Shown here: piece by piece, positions 37,659 to 46,570 of the stretch | How positions within the stretch are numbered: the first letter of the stretch is position 1 | How the letters are laid out: every line of letters begins with the position of its first letter | Origin: Bacteroidota bacterium | GTDB taxonomy: Bacteria > Bacteroidota > Bacteroidia > Chitinophagales > Chitinophagaceae | Direction of reading: 5' to 3' | NCBI GenBank assembly: GCA_023418315.1 | Contig: JAEZZY010000019.1 | Span: forward strand, 11,574 to 75,573 | Length of the DNA: 64,000 bases | Position numbers and translations under genes: made by a program | Notes under the pieces: generated by a model | What the model saw: only the letters and a program-made list of their open reading frames with translations | The model's database searches: none | What the model was told of the DNA's origin: nothing

Positions 37659-38519
37659 TTAACTGCCCTCCATTGCCTCCCACAATTTTATGACCTCCAC
37701 AGCTTCTTTCACATCATGCACGCGAAGAATATTCGCTCCCTGCTGCAATGCCATAACATGCAAAGCCGTGGTGCCATTCAGTGCCTGCTCAGGGTTTATC
37801 ATTAGGGTTTTGTAGATCATTGATTTTCTTGAAATACCTGCTAATATAGGCTTGCCAAGCATGCGCAAGGTGTGCATTCCTTTCAGCAACTCAAAATTAT
37901 GCGCTACCGTTTTCCCGAAACCGAAGCCGGGGTCTATTATTACATCTTTAATGCCGGCATCGGCGCATCGGTCGCAAATCCTTCTCAGTTCATCCCGCAC
38001 TTCATACACCACCTCTTCATACACCGGATTTTGCTGCATGGTTTTAGGCGTGCCTTGCAGGTGCATGGCTATATAGGGAATATTTAATCGCGCTACGGTA
38101 GGCAGCATATTTTCATCAAATCGTCCGCCGCTGATATCATTTATAATAGAAACACCTTCTGCCACCACAGCTTCCGCCACTTTACTATTGTACGTATCGC
38201 AGGAAAGCCAGGCTTCGGGAAAATGCCTATGAATTTCTTTCACCACCGGAAGCACCCGTTCCAATTCCTCTTCCGCCGCCATCCATTCCGAGCCGAACTT
38301 GGTACTCGCACCGCCGATATCCAAAATCGTTGCGCCATCCGCCAGCATTTTTTCTGCCTTCCGCAGCAAATCCTCCACACTGCTTTCGCGTCCTTTGTTG
38401 TAAAAACTATCGGGCGTAGCATTGAGGATACCCATCACTATAGGTTTAGAAATTTCTAACAATCTGCCCTTGCTTTGCAATAGGGTTTGTACAGGCAATA
38501 ATGTATTTTTGGCATTCAT
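37659..38519 (-). CDS. folP: Dihydropteroate synthase
   Basis: IVMGILNATPDSFY, LDIGGAST, IINDISGG and MHLQGTP. ATG 38519 is preferred over the track start 38606. Confidence 0.9.
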   Translation of the reverse strand: MNAKNTLLPVQTLLQSKGRLLEISKPIVMGILNATPDSFYNKGRESSVEDLLRKAEKMLADGATILDIGGASTKFGSEWMAAEEELERVLPVVKEIHRHFPEAWLSCDTYNSKVAEAVVAEGVSIINDISGGRFDENMLPTVARLNIPYIAMHLQGTPKTMQQNPVYEEVVYEVRDELRRICDRCADAGIKDVIIDPGFGFGKTVAHNFELLKGMHTLRMLGKPILAGISRKSMIYKTLMINPEQALNGTTALHVMALQQGANILRVHDVKEAVEVIKLWEAMEGS

Positions 38520-38534
38520 CGTTTTACAAAGAAA

Positions 38535-39098
38535 ATGCAGGATAGCGTAATGCACAAACCCGCCACCGAACAACAATACGAAGAGGTTGTAAGCAGGTGC
38601 AAACATCTTTATCTGAAAAAAGGAAAAGATTACGGTACGTCATGGCGTGTATTGCGCACTATATCTATCGTTGACCAAATTTACATCAAAGCATGGCGCA
38701 TCCGGCAGATACAGGAAACGGGGGTGCAAAAAGTGGATGACAGCATCGAAAGTGAATTTATAGGCATTGTGAATTACGGCATCATCGCGCTTATACAAAT
38801 GGCTATGGGCAATGAAGATAATTGGGAACTGAACATAGAGGAAGCAGAAAAATATTACGACACGGAAGCCAATAAGATTTACGAATTAATGCTGCAAAAA
38901 AACCATGATTATGGGGAGGCTTGGCGGGAAATGAGCCAATCATCGTTTGTGGATTTGATTCTTGTAAAACTGTTAAGAATAAAACAAATACTCACCAACG
39001 AAGGCAAAACCCTTGTCTCCGAAGGTATAGATGCCAACTTCGCCGACATCGTGAACTATGGCATCTTCGCTTTGATAAAAATGGGGGAGGAAAAATGA
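38535..39098 (+). CDS. DUF1599 domain protein (two tandem repeats)
   Basis: KKGKDYGTSWRVLR...DQIYIKAWRIRQI is repeated as KNHDYGEAWREMS...LILVKLLRIKQI. Divergent pairing with folP is a common Bacteroidota arrangement as I recall. Confidence 0.7.
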   Translation: MQDSVMHKPATEQQYEEVVSRCKHLYLKKGKDYGTSWRVLRTISIVDQIYIKAWRIRQIQETGVQKVDDSIESEFIGIVNYGIIALIQMAMGNEDNWELNIEEAEKYYDTEANKIYELMLQKNHDYGEAWREMSQSSFVDLILVKLLRIKQILTNEGKTLVSEGIDANFADIVNYGIFALIKMGEEK

Positions 39099-39219
39099 TA
39101 TTTCACACAAAGAAAACAACGAAGACGAAGTAAACAACATCGTTGCCTTAGTATTCTTAGTGTGCTTTGTGAGAAACAACAAAACAACATAAACAAACGA
39201 AAAAACAAATCAACCATTC

Positions 39220-40368
39220 ATGAAAATTTTACTTTGGATTTTAAGAATTATCGTAGGTGGACTTTTCATTTTTTCCGGATTGGTGAAAGCCAACGACCCC
39301 CTCGGATTGAGCTATAAAATGAACGAATTTTTCGAGGTATGGAACATGCATTGGATGGAGAGCTATTCGCTTGCACTCTCCATCACCATGATTGGTTTTG
39401 AAATCATTGCCGGCGTGGCGGTGCTGATTGGCGCGGCTTTCAGAGTATTTTCGTTTTTGCTGTTATTGCTTACGGCATTCTTCACCTTCCTCACCGCTTA
39501 TGTACTTTTCTCCGGAAAAATAAAAGAATGCGGCTGCTTTGGTGATTGTATAAAAATTTCCAACGAAGAAACTTTTTGGAAAGATGTGATTCTGTTGGTA
39601 TTTGTAATTATTCTTTTTCTTTTTCGCAAAAAAATCAAGCCCGTATTCAGCGGTTACCCTACGGCTTCGTTAATGATTTTGACTACGTTTTTCGCATTTG
39701 GGGTGCAATGGTGGGCGTTGGAACACCTGCCGTTTCACGATTGTCTTCCCTATAAAATCGGTGCGAACATCAAAGAAAAAACCTTACCGCCTCCCGGCTC
39801 TACTCCGGATGAATACAGCGATATTTTCATTTATGAAAAAGACGGTGTGCAAAAAGAATTTACCACGGATAACTATCCCTGGGAAGATACTACTTGGAAA
39901 TATGTGGATCGCATCACCAAGCTGGTGAAGAAAGGAAATGCCGATCCGGAAATAAAAGATTTTATCATCACCGATCTTTCCGGAAATGAACATACCGAGG
40001 AGATTTTGAATGAGCCTTATGTCTTCCTGCTTTTCCTAAAAGACCCTGAAAAAGCACGGGAGGATAATGTGGCATCTCTGCAATCTTTGATAAAAAAATG
40101 CAATCAACTCAATATTCCGTTTTACGTACTGACCTCCGGAAATATGGAGCGTTCTAAAGAATGGCTGGAGGAAAATAAGATTGTTCCTAACGATATGCTT
40201 GTGTTCGATCTGGTAGCCAATAAATCGGCGCTGCGTAGCAATCCCGGTTTGATGCTGTTGCAACAAGGCGTTATCCGCGGTAAATGGAGTTTCCGGGATT
40301 ATCCTAAAGATGCGGCTATAGAAAGCGGCAATCTCAAACTGCTGAAATATGGCTCGGTTTCTTTTTAA
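39220..40368 (+). CDS. DoxX-like membrane domain fused to a thioredoxin-fold domain (BT_3928-family-like)
   Basis: MKILLWILRIIVGGLFIFSGLVKANDPLG (DoxX-like), CGCFGDC, and a soluble C-terminal half. Confidence 0.6.
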   Translation: MKILLWILRIIVGGLFIFSGLVKANDPLGLSYKMNEFFEVWNMHWMESYSLALSITMIGFEIIAGVAVLIGAAFRVFSFLLLLLTAFFTFLTAYVLFSGKIKECGCFGDCIKISNEETFWKDVILLVFVIILFLFRKKIKPVFSGYPTASLMILTTFFAFGVQWWALEHLPFHDCLPYKIGANIKEKTLPPPGSTPDEYSDIFIYEKDGVQKEFTTDNYPWEDTTWKYVDRITKLVKKGNADPEIKDFIITDLSGNEHTEEILNEPYVFLLFLKDPEKAREDNVASLQSLIKKCNQLNIPFYVLTSGNMERSKEWLEENKIVPNDMLVFDLVANKSALRSNPGLMLLQQGVIRGKWSFRDYPKDAAIESGNLKLLKYGSVSF

Positions 40369-41398
40369 AAGAATTCGATACAGTCTTTTCGTGTTGCTAG
40401 GTGTAGTAACCGTGGTTTTCTTTTTGTTCAATGTATTACCCGGCGATCCTGCACGCCTTACGATGGGGCAACGCACCGATTTGCAATCTTTGGAAAATGT
40501 GCGTCGGGAACTGAACCTCGATAAGCCTGTTGTTACCCGTTATTTTTTATTTCTCAACGATCTTTCGCCTATAGGCATTCATAAAAATGCAGAGAAGGAA
40601 AAATACGGATTTGTGAAATTGTTCCCTATAGCGAAGGAAAAATCGGTAGCCTTAAAACTTCCCTACCTCGGCCGCTCCTACCGCACCAAACGTGAAGTAA
40701 CTACTGTGCTTACAGAAGCCTTGCCCGGCACCATTATCCTCGCATTAGCAGCGATGACCTTCGCTACCGTATTCGGAATTGCGTTGGGCGTATTAGCCGC
40801 TTTGAAGAAAGATACATGGTTAGATACCTCAGCCATAGCGGCGAGCGTGGCAGGCATCTCCATGCCTTCGTTTTTTGCAGGCTTGCTTATCGCTTATTTG
40901 TTTGGATTTCTTTTGCACGACTATACCGGCTTGAATATGACAGGCAGCCTTTGGGAATATGATGCGTTCACGGGGAAACATCTTGCTTTAAAAAACCTCA
41001 TTCTTCCGGCATTGGCATTAGGTATTCGCCCGCTGGCTATTATTACACAGCTTACTCGCAGCGCCTTGCTGGATGTGTTGTCGCAAGATTATATCCGAAC
41101 GGCGTATGCCAAAGGCTTATCCAAAGCTAAAGTAGTAGTACGCCATGCCTTGCCGAATGCGCTTAATCCTGTCGTGACGGCTATCTCGGGTTGGCTGGCA
41201 GAGTTGCTGGCAGGCTCATTTTTTGTAGAGTTTATTTTTGGATGGAAAGGAGTAGGAAAAATTACAGTAGATGCGCTGGATAAATTTGATTTTCCACTTG
41301 TGATGGGAAGCGTATTGCTCACGGCGTTTATTTTTATTGTAATCAATTTGCTTACGGATGTATTGTATAGTAAGCTGGACCCGAGGGTGCGGCTTTAA
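40349..41398 (+). CDS. ABC transporter permease (DppB/OppB-type)
   Basis: MARFLFKRIRYSLFVLLGVVTVVFFLFNVLPGDPA and the EAA-like loop QDYIRTAYAKGLSKAKVVVRHALPNA. It overlaps the upstream gene by 20 nt. Confidence 0.8.
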   Translation: MARFLFKRIRYSLFVLLGVVTVVFFLFNVLPGDPARLTMGQRTDLQSLENVRRELNLDKPVVTRYFLFLNDLSPIGIHKNAEKEKYGFVKLFPIAKEKSVALKLPYLGRSYRTKREVTTVLTEALPGTIILALAAMTFATVFGIALGVLAALKKDTWLDTSAIAASVAGISMPSFFAGLLIAYLFGFLLHDYTGLNMTGSLWEYDAFTGKHLALKNLILPALALGIRPLAIITQLTRSALLDVLSQDYIRTAYAKGLSKAKVVVRHALPNALNPVVTAISGWLAELLAGSFFVEFIFGWKGVGKITVDALDKFDFPLVMGSVLLTAFIFIVINLLTDVLYSKLDPRVRL

Positions 41399-41782
41399 GA
41401 GTTTTGAATTTTGAATGGTTTCACACAGAAATAAGAGGGCGCAGCGTTTTCTTGAGAATCCTACACTGGCTTATATCTTGCTTCGCAGACTTTTAAATCT
41501 AAAGATAGAACAGCTCTCTGTCCGGAAAATATATTCCTAAAGTTCAATAATTCCCCTCCTAAACAATGAGGAAATGAAACTGACACACATAATAAAAACA
41601 GACGATAATACTTCGGAGCTTCGCGAAGTTTCCGTGATGAAAAGAGTGAAATAATCAACCTAAAATGGGTCTCCGTCATTTCGCAGCAACAGCAAAGAAT
41701 TTCCCCTGAAAACTATGGTACTATACCACACCTCGGGTAAAATTATACCATGTAAGATTGTAGGAAGCGGCAAGTGAAAAGA

Positions 41783-42622
41783 CTAATAATCCCCCAGTGT
41801 AACCGGAATTTGTTCCAGAGCCTTTTGTAGTTGCACATCGCTTGGCGCTATACCATGCCATTCATGGGTTCCTTCCATGAAGTCCACCCCTTTACCCATC
41901 ACCGTAGTCATTACAATACATACGGGTTTCCCTTTTCCTAAATGGGCTTTAGCGGCATCCAGGGTATTTACTACTGCTTCCATATCGTTCCCATCCATTT
42001 CCAGCACATACCAGCCGAAAGCAAGGAATTTTTCTTTTATAGAACCCAGATCCAGTACCATTTTGGTAGGTCCGTCAATCTGCTGACCATTATAGTCTAT
42101 CGTAGCAATAAGGTTATCTGTCTTATGATGTGCGGCAAACATAATAGCTTCCCAGTTTTGCCCTTCTTGCAATTCGCCGTCTCCGTGTAAAGAATAAACA
42201 ACACGGTCATCCCCATTCATTTTTTTTGCAAGCGCTGCGCCGCAAGCCACACTCATTCCTTGCCCCAGTGAGCCGGATGCGATGCGTACGCCGGGCAAAT
42301 GTTCATGTGTAGCCGGATGCCCCTGTAAACGGGAGTTTATTTTTCGGAAGGTAGCCAGCTCCTCAATGGGGAAATAACCTGAACGCGCCAGAACGCTATA
42401 AAAAACAGGAGAAATATGTCCGTTGGAAAGGAAAAATAAATCTTCACCTACACCATCCATATTGAATTTCGGATCATGCTTCATGGTGTGGAAATAAAGC
42501 GCCACCAGAAAATCCGTGCAGCCCAGAGAACCGCCCGGATGCCCGCTTTGGCAGGAATGTACCATACGCACTATATCACGACGAACCTGAGATGCTGTGT
42601 CTTGAAGATGTTGTAAATCCAT
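41783..42622 (-). CDS. Transketolase, N-terminal (TPP-binding) subunit
   Basis: SGHPGGSLGCTDF and GDGELQEGQNWEA; 279 aa, i.e. only the N-terminal half of a split transketolase. Confidence 0.85.
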   Translation of the reverse strand: MDLQHLQDTASQVRRDIVRMVHSCQSGHPGGSLGCTDFLVALYFHTMKHDPKFNMDGVGEDLFFLSNGHISPVFYSVLARSGYFPIEELATFRKINSRLQGHPATHEHLPGVRIASGSLGQGMSVACGAALAKKMNGDDRVVYSLHGDGELQEGQNWEAIMFAAHHKTDNLIATIDYNGQQIDGPTKMVLDLGSIKEKFLAFGWYVLEMDGNDMEAVVNTLDAAKAHLGKGKPVCIVMTTVMGKGVDFMEGTHEWHGIAPSDVQLQKALEQIPVTLGDY

Positions 42623-42644
42623 TTGATTTTATAAAAATGTGGTG

Positions 42645-42652
42645 CAAAGTTA
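42645..42652 (-). promoter_or_regulatory. Bacteroidota -7 promoter box (TAnnTTTG) for the transketolase gene
   Basis: The minus strand reads CTAACTTTGCACC, with TAACTTTG 22 nt upstream of the ATG. Confidence 0.4.
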
Positions 42653-42716
42653 GTTGAAACAAACATTTTTCTCATAAAGATGGCAATACTATTTTCACCG
42701 CTTTAACTTGCAGCTA

Positions 42717-43781
42717 ATGATTATCGCGCCTACAGGCAAACAATATTTTACCCGGCACTTGATGCAGTGGCATTTGCAGGAAAATGTACGGGAGCTGCCC
42801 TGGAAGAAAGAAACCGACCCCTATAAAATATGGCTTTCCGAAATAATCATGCAGCAAACCCGTGTGGAACAAGGAATGCCTTACTACACCCGGTTTGTAG
42901 GGAATTACCCTACGGTGAAGCATTTAGCTTCCGCACCGGATGCGGAAGTATATCGCCTATGGCAAGGGCTGGGTTATTACAATCGTTGTAAAAACCTGTT
43001 GGAAACCGCCCGTTTCATAGCCTATAAACTAAACGGAAAATTCCCGGATACTTATGAAGAAATAATAAAACTGAAAGGTATCGGCAGCTACACCGCCGCA
43101 GCCATTGCTTCGTTTGCCTATAAACTGCCTTGCGCCGTAGTGGATGGCAATGTGCAACGTGTTTTAGCAAGATTTTTTGGAATGGAAACGCCTGTTGATT
43201 CTTCCGAAGGGAAAAAAAAGATCCAATCGCTCGCACAAGAGCTTATTGATAAAAAGCAACCGCATCTTTACAATCAGGCTATCATGGATTTTGGCGCGGT
43301 AGTGTGCAAGCCCGCCGCTCCGCTTTGTAGCCAATGTGTGTTGCAACCCAAATGCGTTGCCTATAAAAAAGAGTTGATTCATTTATTGCCTGTAAAAGCT
43401 AAAAAAACAAAACTCACTACCCGTTATTTTCATTTCATTTTGCTGCGCTATAAAAATGAATTATGGATTCAAAAGCGCAATGAAAAAGATATATGGCTTC
43501 ACCTGCATCAACCTTATCTGATAGAAGCGCCCTATGCCCTGTCTGAAAATGAATTAAAGCAAAAAATAAAGACCGCAGCATCCTTCCAATGGCAGTATGA
43601 AGGAGCAGAAAAACAGCGCCTTTCCCACCAGTTAATTTGTTCTCGGTTTTATAGCATTTCTTTAAAAAACAAACTTGTGCTAAACGAACAACAAGGCACC
43701 TGGATAGCGCTAAGCGAGCTGAAAAAAATTGCTTTTCCCAAAACGGTAATTTCTTTTTTTGAAAAAAAGAATTATTTTTAA
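42717..43781 (+). CDS. mutY: A/G-specific adenine DNA glycosylase
   Basis: LPWKKETDPYKIWLSEIIMQQTRV, HhH LKGIGSYTAAAIASFAY, Fe-S CKPAAPLCSQCVLQPKC, and a NUDIX-like C-terminal domain. The start is uncertain (42708 TTG or 42717 ATG). Confidence 0.88.
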   Translation: MIIAPTGKQYFTRHLMQWHLQENVRELPWKKETDPYKIWLSEIIMQQTRVEQGMPYYTRFVGNYPTVKHLASAPDAEVYRLWQGLGYYNRCKNLLETARFIAYKLNGKFPDTYEEIIKLKGIGSYTAAAIASFAYKLPCAVVDGNVQRVLARFFGMETPVDSSEGKKKIQSLAQELIDKKQPHLYNQAIMDFGAVVCKPAAPLCSQCVLQPKCVAYKKELIHLLPVKAKKTKLTTRYFHFILLRYKNELWIQKRNEKDIWLHLHQPYLIEAPYALSENELKQKIKTAASFQWQYEGAEKQRLSHQLICSRFYSISLKNKLVLNEQQGTWIALSELKKIAFPKTVISFFEKKNYF

Positions 43782-43827
43782 AAGAGAATAGTTCCTATTT
43801 TTTGCTAAATGAAAAAATGCTACACAC

Positions 43828-44280
43828 ATGAGAGGAGTTAATAGAGTAATGTTGATAGGCAACTTGGGCAAAGAACCTGATTTGCAATATTTGGAAGGTA
43901 ATATCGCTGTTGCTAAGTTTCCCCTGGCTACTACGGAAACTTTTAAAGACAAAAACGGCAACCTGGTTTCTCAGACCGAATGGCACACCGTAGTGCTTTG
44001 GCGTGGACTTGCAGAGCTTGCACAAAAGTACCTCCACAAGGGAAGTCTTGTTTTTATAGAAGGAAGGTTGCGCACCCGCAACTGGGAAGACAAAGAAAAA
44101 AACAAACGATTCAGCACGGAGATAGTAGGCGACAACCTGGTGATGCTTGATAAAAGAAAAGAAAACGGAGATTATTCTTCACAGGATACACAACAAGATA
44201 CTTCGAGTTTCTCCTCCGGTATGAACTACGATGCCGGCAGCATGGGGGAAAATGACGTAAAAGACAATCTACCTTTCTAA
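43828..44280 (+). CDS. ssb: Single-stranded DNA-binding protein
   Basis: MRGVNRVMLIGNLGKEPDLQY, an OB fold, a disordered tail and the C-terminal tip DNLPF. Confidence 0.92.
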   Translation: MRGVNRVMLIGNLGKEPDLQYLEGNIAVAKFPLATTETFKDKNGNLVSQTEWHTVVLWRGLAELAQKYLHKGSLVFIEGRLRTRNWEDKEKNKRFSTEIVGDNLVMLDKRKENGDYSSQDTQQDTSSFSSGMNYDAGSMGENDVKDNLPF

Positions 44281-44305
44281 GGCATAAGGCTTTATCTTTT
44301 TTAGC

Positions 44306-44341
44306 AAGGGAAGACAAGAAATCGGCTTCCCTTTTTAATTT
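44306..44341 (+). terminator. Rho-independent terminator after ssb
   Basis: AAGGGAAG-(12 nt)-CTTCCCTT followed by TTTAATTTT. Confidence 0.65.
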
Positions 44342-44455
44342 TGCTATAGATTTATAGTACGTTTTTAATAAAAGAATAAACAGGGTTCTTTTAAAAACTA
44401 TAAACAAGTTCGTAAACAAACAATAATCATTTTGCAAGACGTGCTTATTCAAAAA

Positions 44456-45775
44456 ATGCTACCCTTAGTTACATTGCTGAATGTGGCTATACCGGTGTCC
44501 AATATCACTTTGCTCCTCATCCTTGTGTTCCTATTGCTGTTGTTTACCGCCATCATTTCCGGTGCGGAAACTGCATTTTTTTCTCTTTCTGCAAAAGATA
44601 TAGAATACCTGAAAGTGCGGGATAAAAACGATACCCGGATGGTAATCGGATTGCTGGAACAACCCAAGATACTGCTGGTGAATATGCTGGTGAGCACCGT
44701 GGCACTCAATATCTCCATCATGGTGGCCACTGCATTCCTGGTGCAAGAAATAATAGGCGAGAATGTTCATCAAATGGTTTTGATTGCGATACAAATAGCC
44801 GTTATCAGCTTTCTGCTGGTCTTGTTTGGAAGCATTCTTCCTAAGGTATATGCTGCTCAAAACAATATGCGAATGGTATTGTTTGCCGCTCCCGTGCTGA
44901 AAATAGTCTCTTCTGTATTCAGCCCTATCAGTAAGATGATGATTTCGTCTTCCAACTATATGGATGAGCGTTTAAATGTAGGCAAAGCAACGCCCACACT
45001 TTCCTCGGAAGAATTGGAAGAAACCATAGAACGCAGCGTGGGTCATCCTGCTACCAAAGAAGAAGTAGATATTTTCAAACGCATACTCAAGTTTGACGAT
45101 ATTACCGTTCGGCAGATTATGCGTACCCGGCTGGATGTAAGCGCGATTCCCTATGATTATACGCTGGTACAGGTAGAAAAATTTGTAACTACAGTCGGTT
45201 ATTCGCGGATGCCTGTCTATACCGAAAGTTTGGATACCATTGTAGGCATATTGAATACAAAAGACCTCTTGATGAGCGAGCCTTCGGAAAATGCGGACTG
45301 GCATTCCCTTATCCGCCCGGCACACTTCGTGCCCGAAAACAAGGAGATAAAAGAATTGCGTAAAGAACTACAGCGAAACCATGTTCATTTTGCCGTAGTG
45401 GTAGATGAATTTGGCGGCACCTGCGGCATCGTTACGCTGGAGGATATTATAGAAGAAATAGTGGGCGATATAAAGGATGAATTTGACGAAGAAGACCTGC
45501 ACTATAAAAAAGTAGATGAGAATAATTATTTCTTTGAAGGAAAGACACTGATAAACGATGTATGCCGTGTGATAGGGGAAGCTCCCCAGTTGTTTGAAGA
45601 GGTGCGCGGTGAAAGCGATTCCTTAGCCGGCTTGTTGTTAGAAATAGCCGGAAAATTCCCTGCATTGAATGAAACCATTTCCTATAAAAACTTTGATTTT
45701 GTAGTGCTGGAAATAGATAGAATGCGCATCAAGCGCGTAAAAATAACGATAGACAGAGAGAGCGAAGAAGATTGA
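44456..45775 (+). CDS. gldE: Gliding-motility protein GldE (CNNM/DUF21 TM domain + CBS pair + CorC_HlyC)
   Basis: Domain order as in the HlyC/CorC family. The mutY-ssb-gldE order matches the Flavobacterium johnsoniae gld locus as I recall it. ATG 44456 is preferred over the track's TTG at 44432. Confidence 0.7.
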   Translation: MLPLVTLLNVAIPVSNITLLLILVFLLLLFTAIISGAETAFFSLSAKDIEYLKVRDKNDTRMVIGLLEQPKILLVNMLVSTVALNISIMVATAFLVQEIIGENVHQMVLIAIQIAVISFLLVLFGSILPKVYAAQNNMRMVLFAAPVLKIVSSVFSPISKMMISSSNYMDERLNVGKATPTLSSEELEETIERSVGHPATKEEVDIFKRILKFDDITVRQIMRTRLDVSAIPYDYTLVQVEKFVTTVGYSRMPVYTESLDTIVGILNTKDLLMSEPSENADWHSLIRPAHFVPENKEIKELRKELQRNHVHFAVVVDEFGGTCGIVTLEDIIEEIVGDIKDEFDEEDLHYKKVDENNYFFEGKTLINDVCRVIGEAPQLFEEVRGESDSLAGLLLEIAGKFPALNETISYKNFDFVVLEIDRMRIKRVKITIDRESEED

Positions 45776-45799
45776 TGACTCGCGTTCTCCAACGAATCA

Positions 45800-46432
45800 T
45801 TAATGCATACCACGGCGTATAGGAGGAGTATCTTCCGCCACTGCTTCTTCCTTCCAGGCGCCTACAAATGTTTTTTCATATTCGGGAAACTGTACGGTTT
45901 TATAAATGTCAGTAGCAATGTATTTAAGAATTTTTTCCATAGTAGCGACATTTTGATAGCCCGGTATCGGCGTTACCATCTGAAATTTATCATCCAAAAT
46001 GACGGTAGTAGGGTAAGACATACGCCCTTGTAGCAGCTCTACGGCAAATTGGTTGGACCGTTGCTGTGGTACAAACCCGAATTTTTTCCCCATAAAATGA
46101 ATCGTATCTTTTTGTTCCGCATCCAGTTTTACGGCATAGAAATGTTCATTCATATAGCGGGCGAGGTCTTTATTGCTAAAGGTTTTTTTATCCATCACCT
46201 TGCACCAGCCGCACCAGTTGGTATAAACATCCACAAATATTTTTTTAGGCTGCTTTTTCATTGCAGCTTCAGCCTCGTTGATGGTCATCCACCGGATGGT
46301 GCTATCCACTACATTTACGGACTTTTTAGGCTTTTTCTTTTTATCGCCGGCAAACACAGCGGGCGACAACATCAGCATGCTCAGCAATACCAGCAAAACG
46401 GCTCTCATATCAAAAACATTTTTTAGCTTCAA
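45800..46432 (-). CDS. Secreted thioredoxin-fold protein
   Basis: Signal peptide and a WCGWCK redox motif. Confidence 0.75.
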   Translation of the reverse strand: MKLKNVFDMRAVLLVLLSMLMLSPAVFAGDKKKKPKKSVNVVDSTIRWMTINEAEAAMKKQPKKIFVDVYTNWCGWCKVMDKKTFSNKDLARYMNEHFYAVKLDAEQKDTIHFMGKKFGFVPQQRSNQFAVELLQGRMSYPTTVILDDKFQMVTPIPGYQNVATMEKILKYIATDIYKTVQFPEYEKTFVGAWKEEAVAEDTPPIRRGMH

Positions 46433-46570
46433 GACAGCAATAATATAAAAATAGACAGTCTCTTTGCAAACAACGAACGTTAAAATTACAGGTAATTCCT
46501 CATTGCCTGGATTTTTTAGTTTTGACTTTGTATAACTTCAATCCAGATTTTCAACACCGCAGATAGAAAT

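Noticed and set aside
41461-41679. The 72-aa ORF in the gap downstream of the transketolase gene
   Set aside because: No start context, no domain-like sequence (MTETHFRLIISLFSSRKLREAPKYY...) and an odd composition. I treated the region as non-coding.
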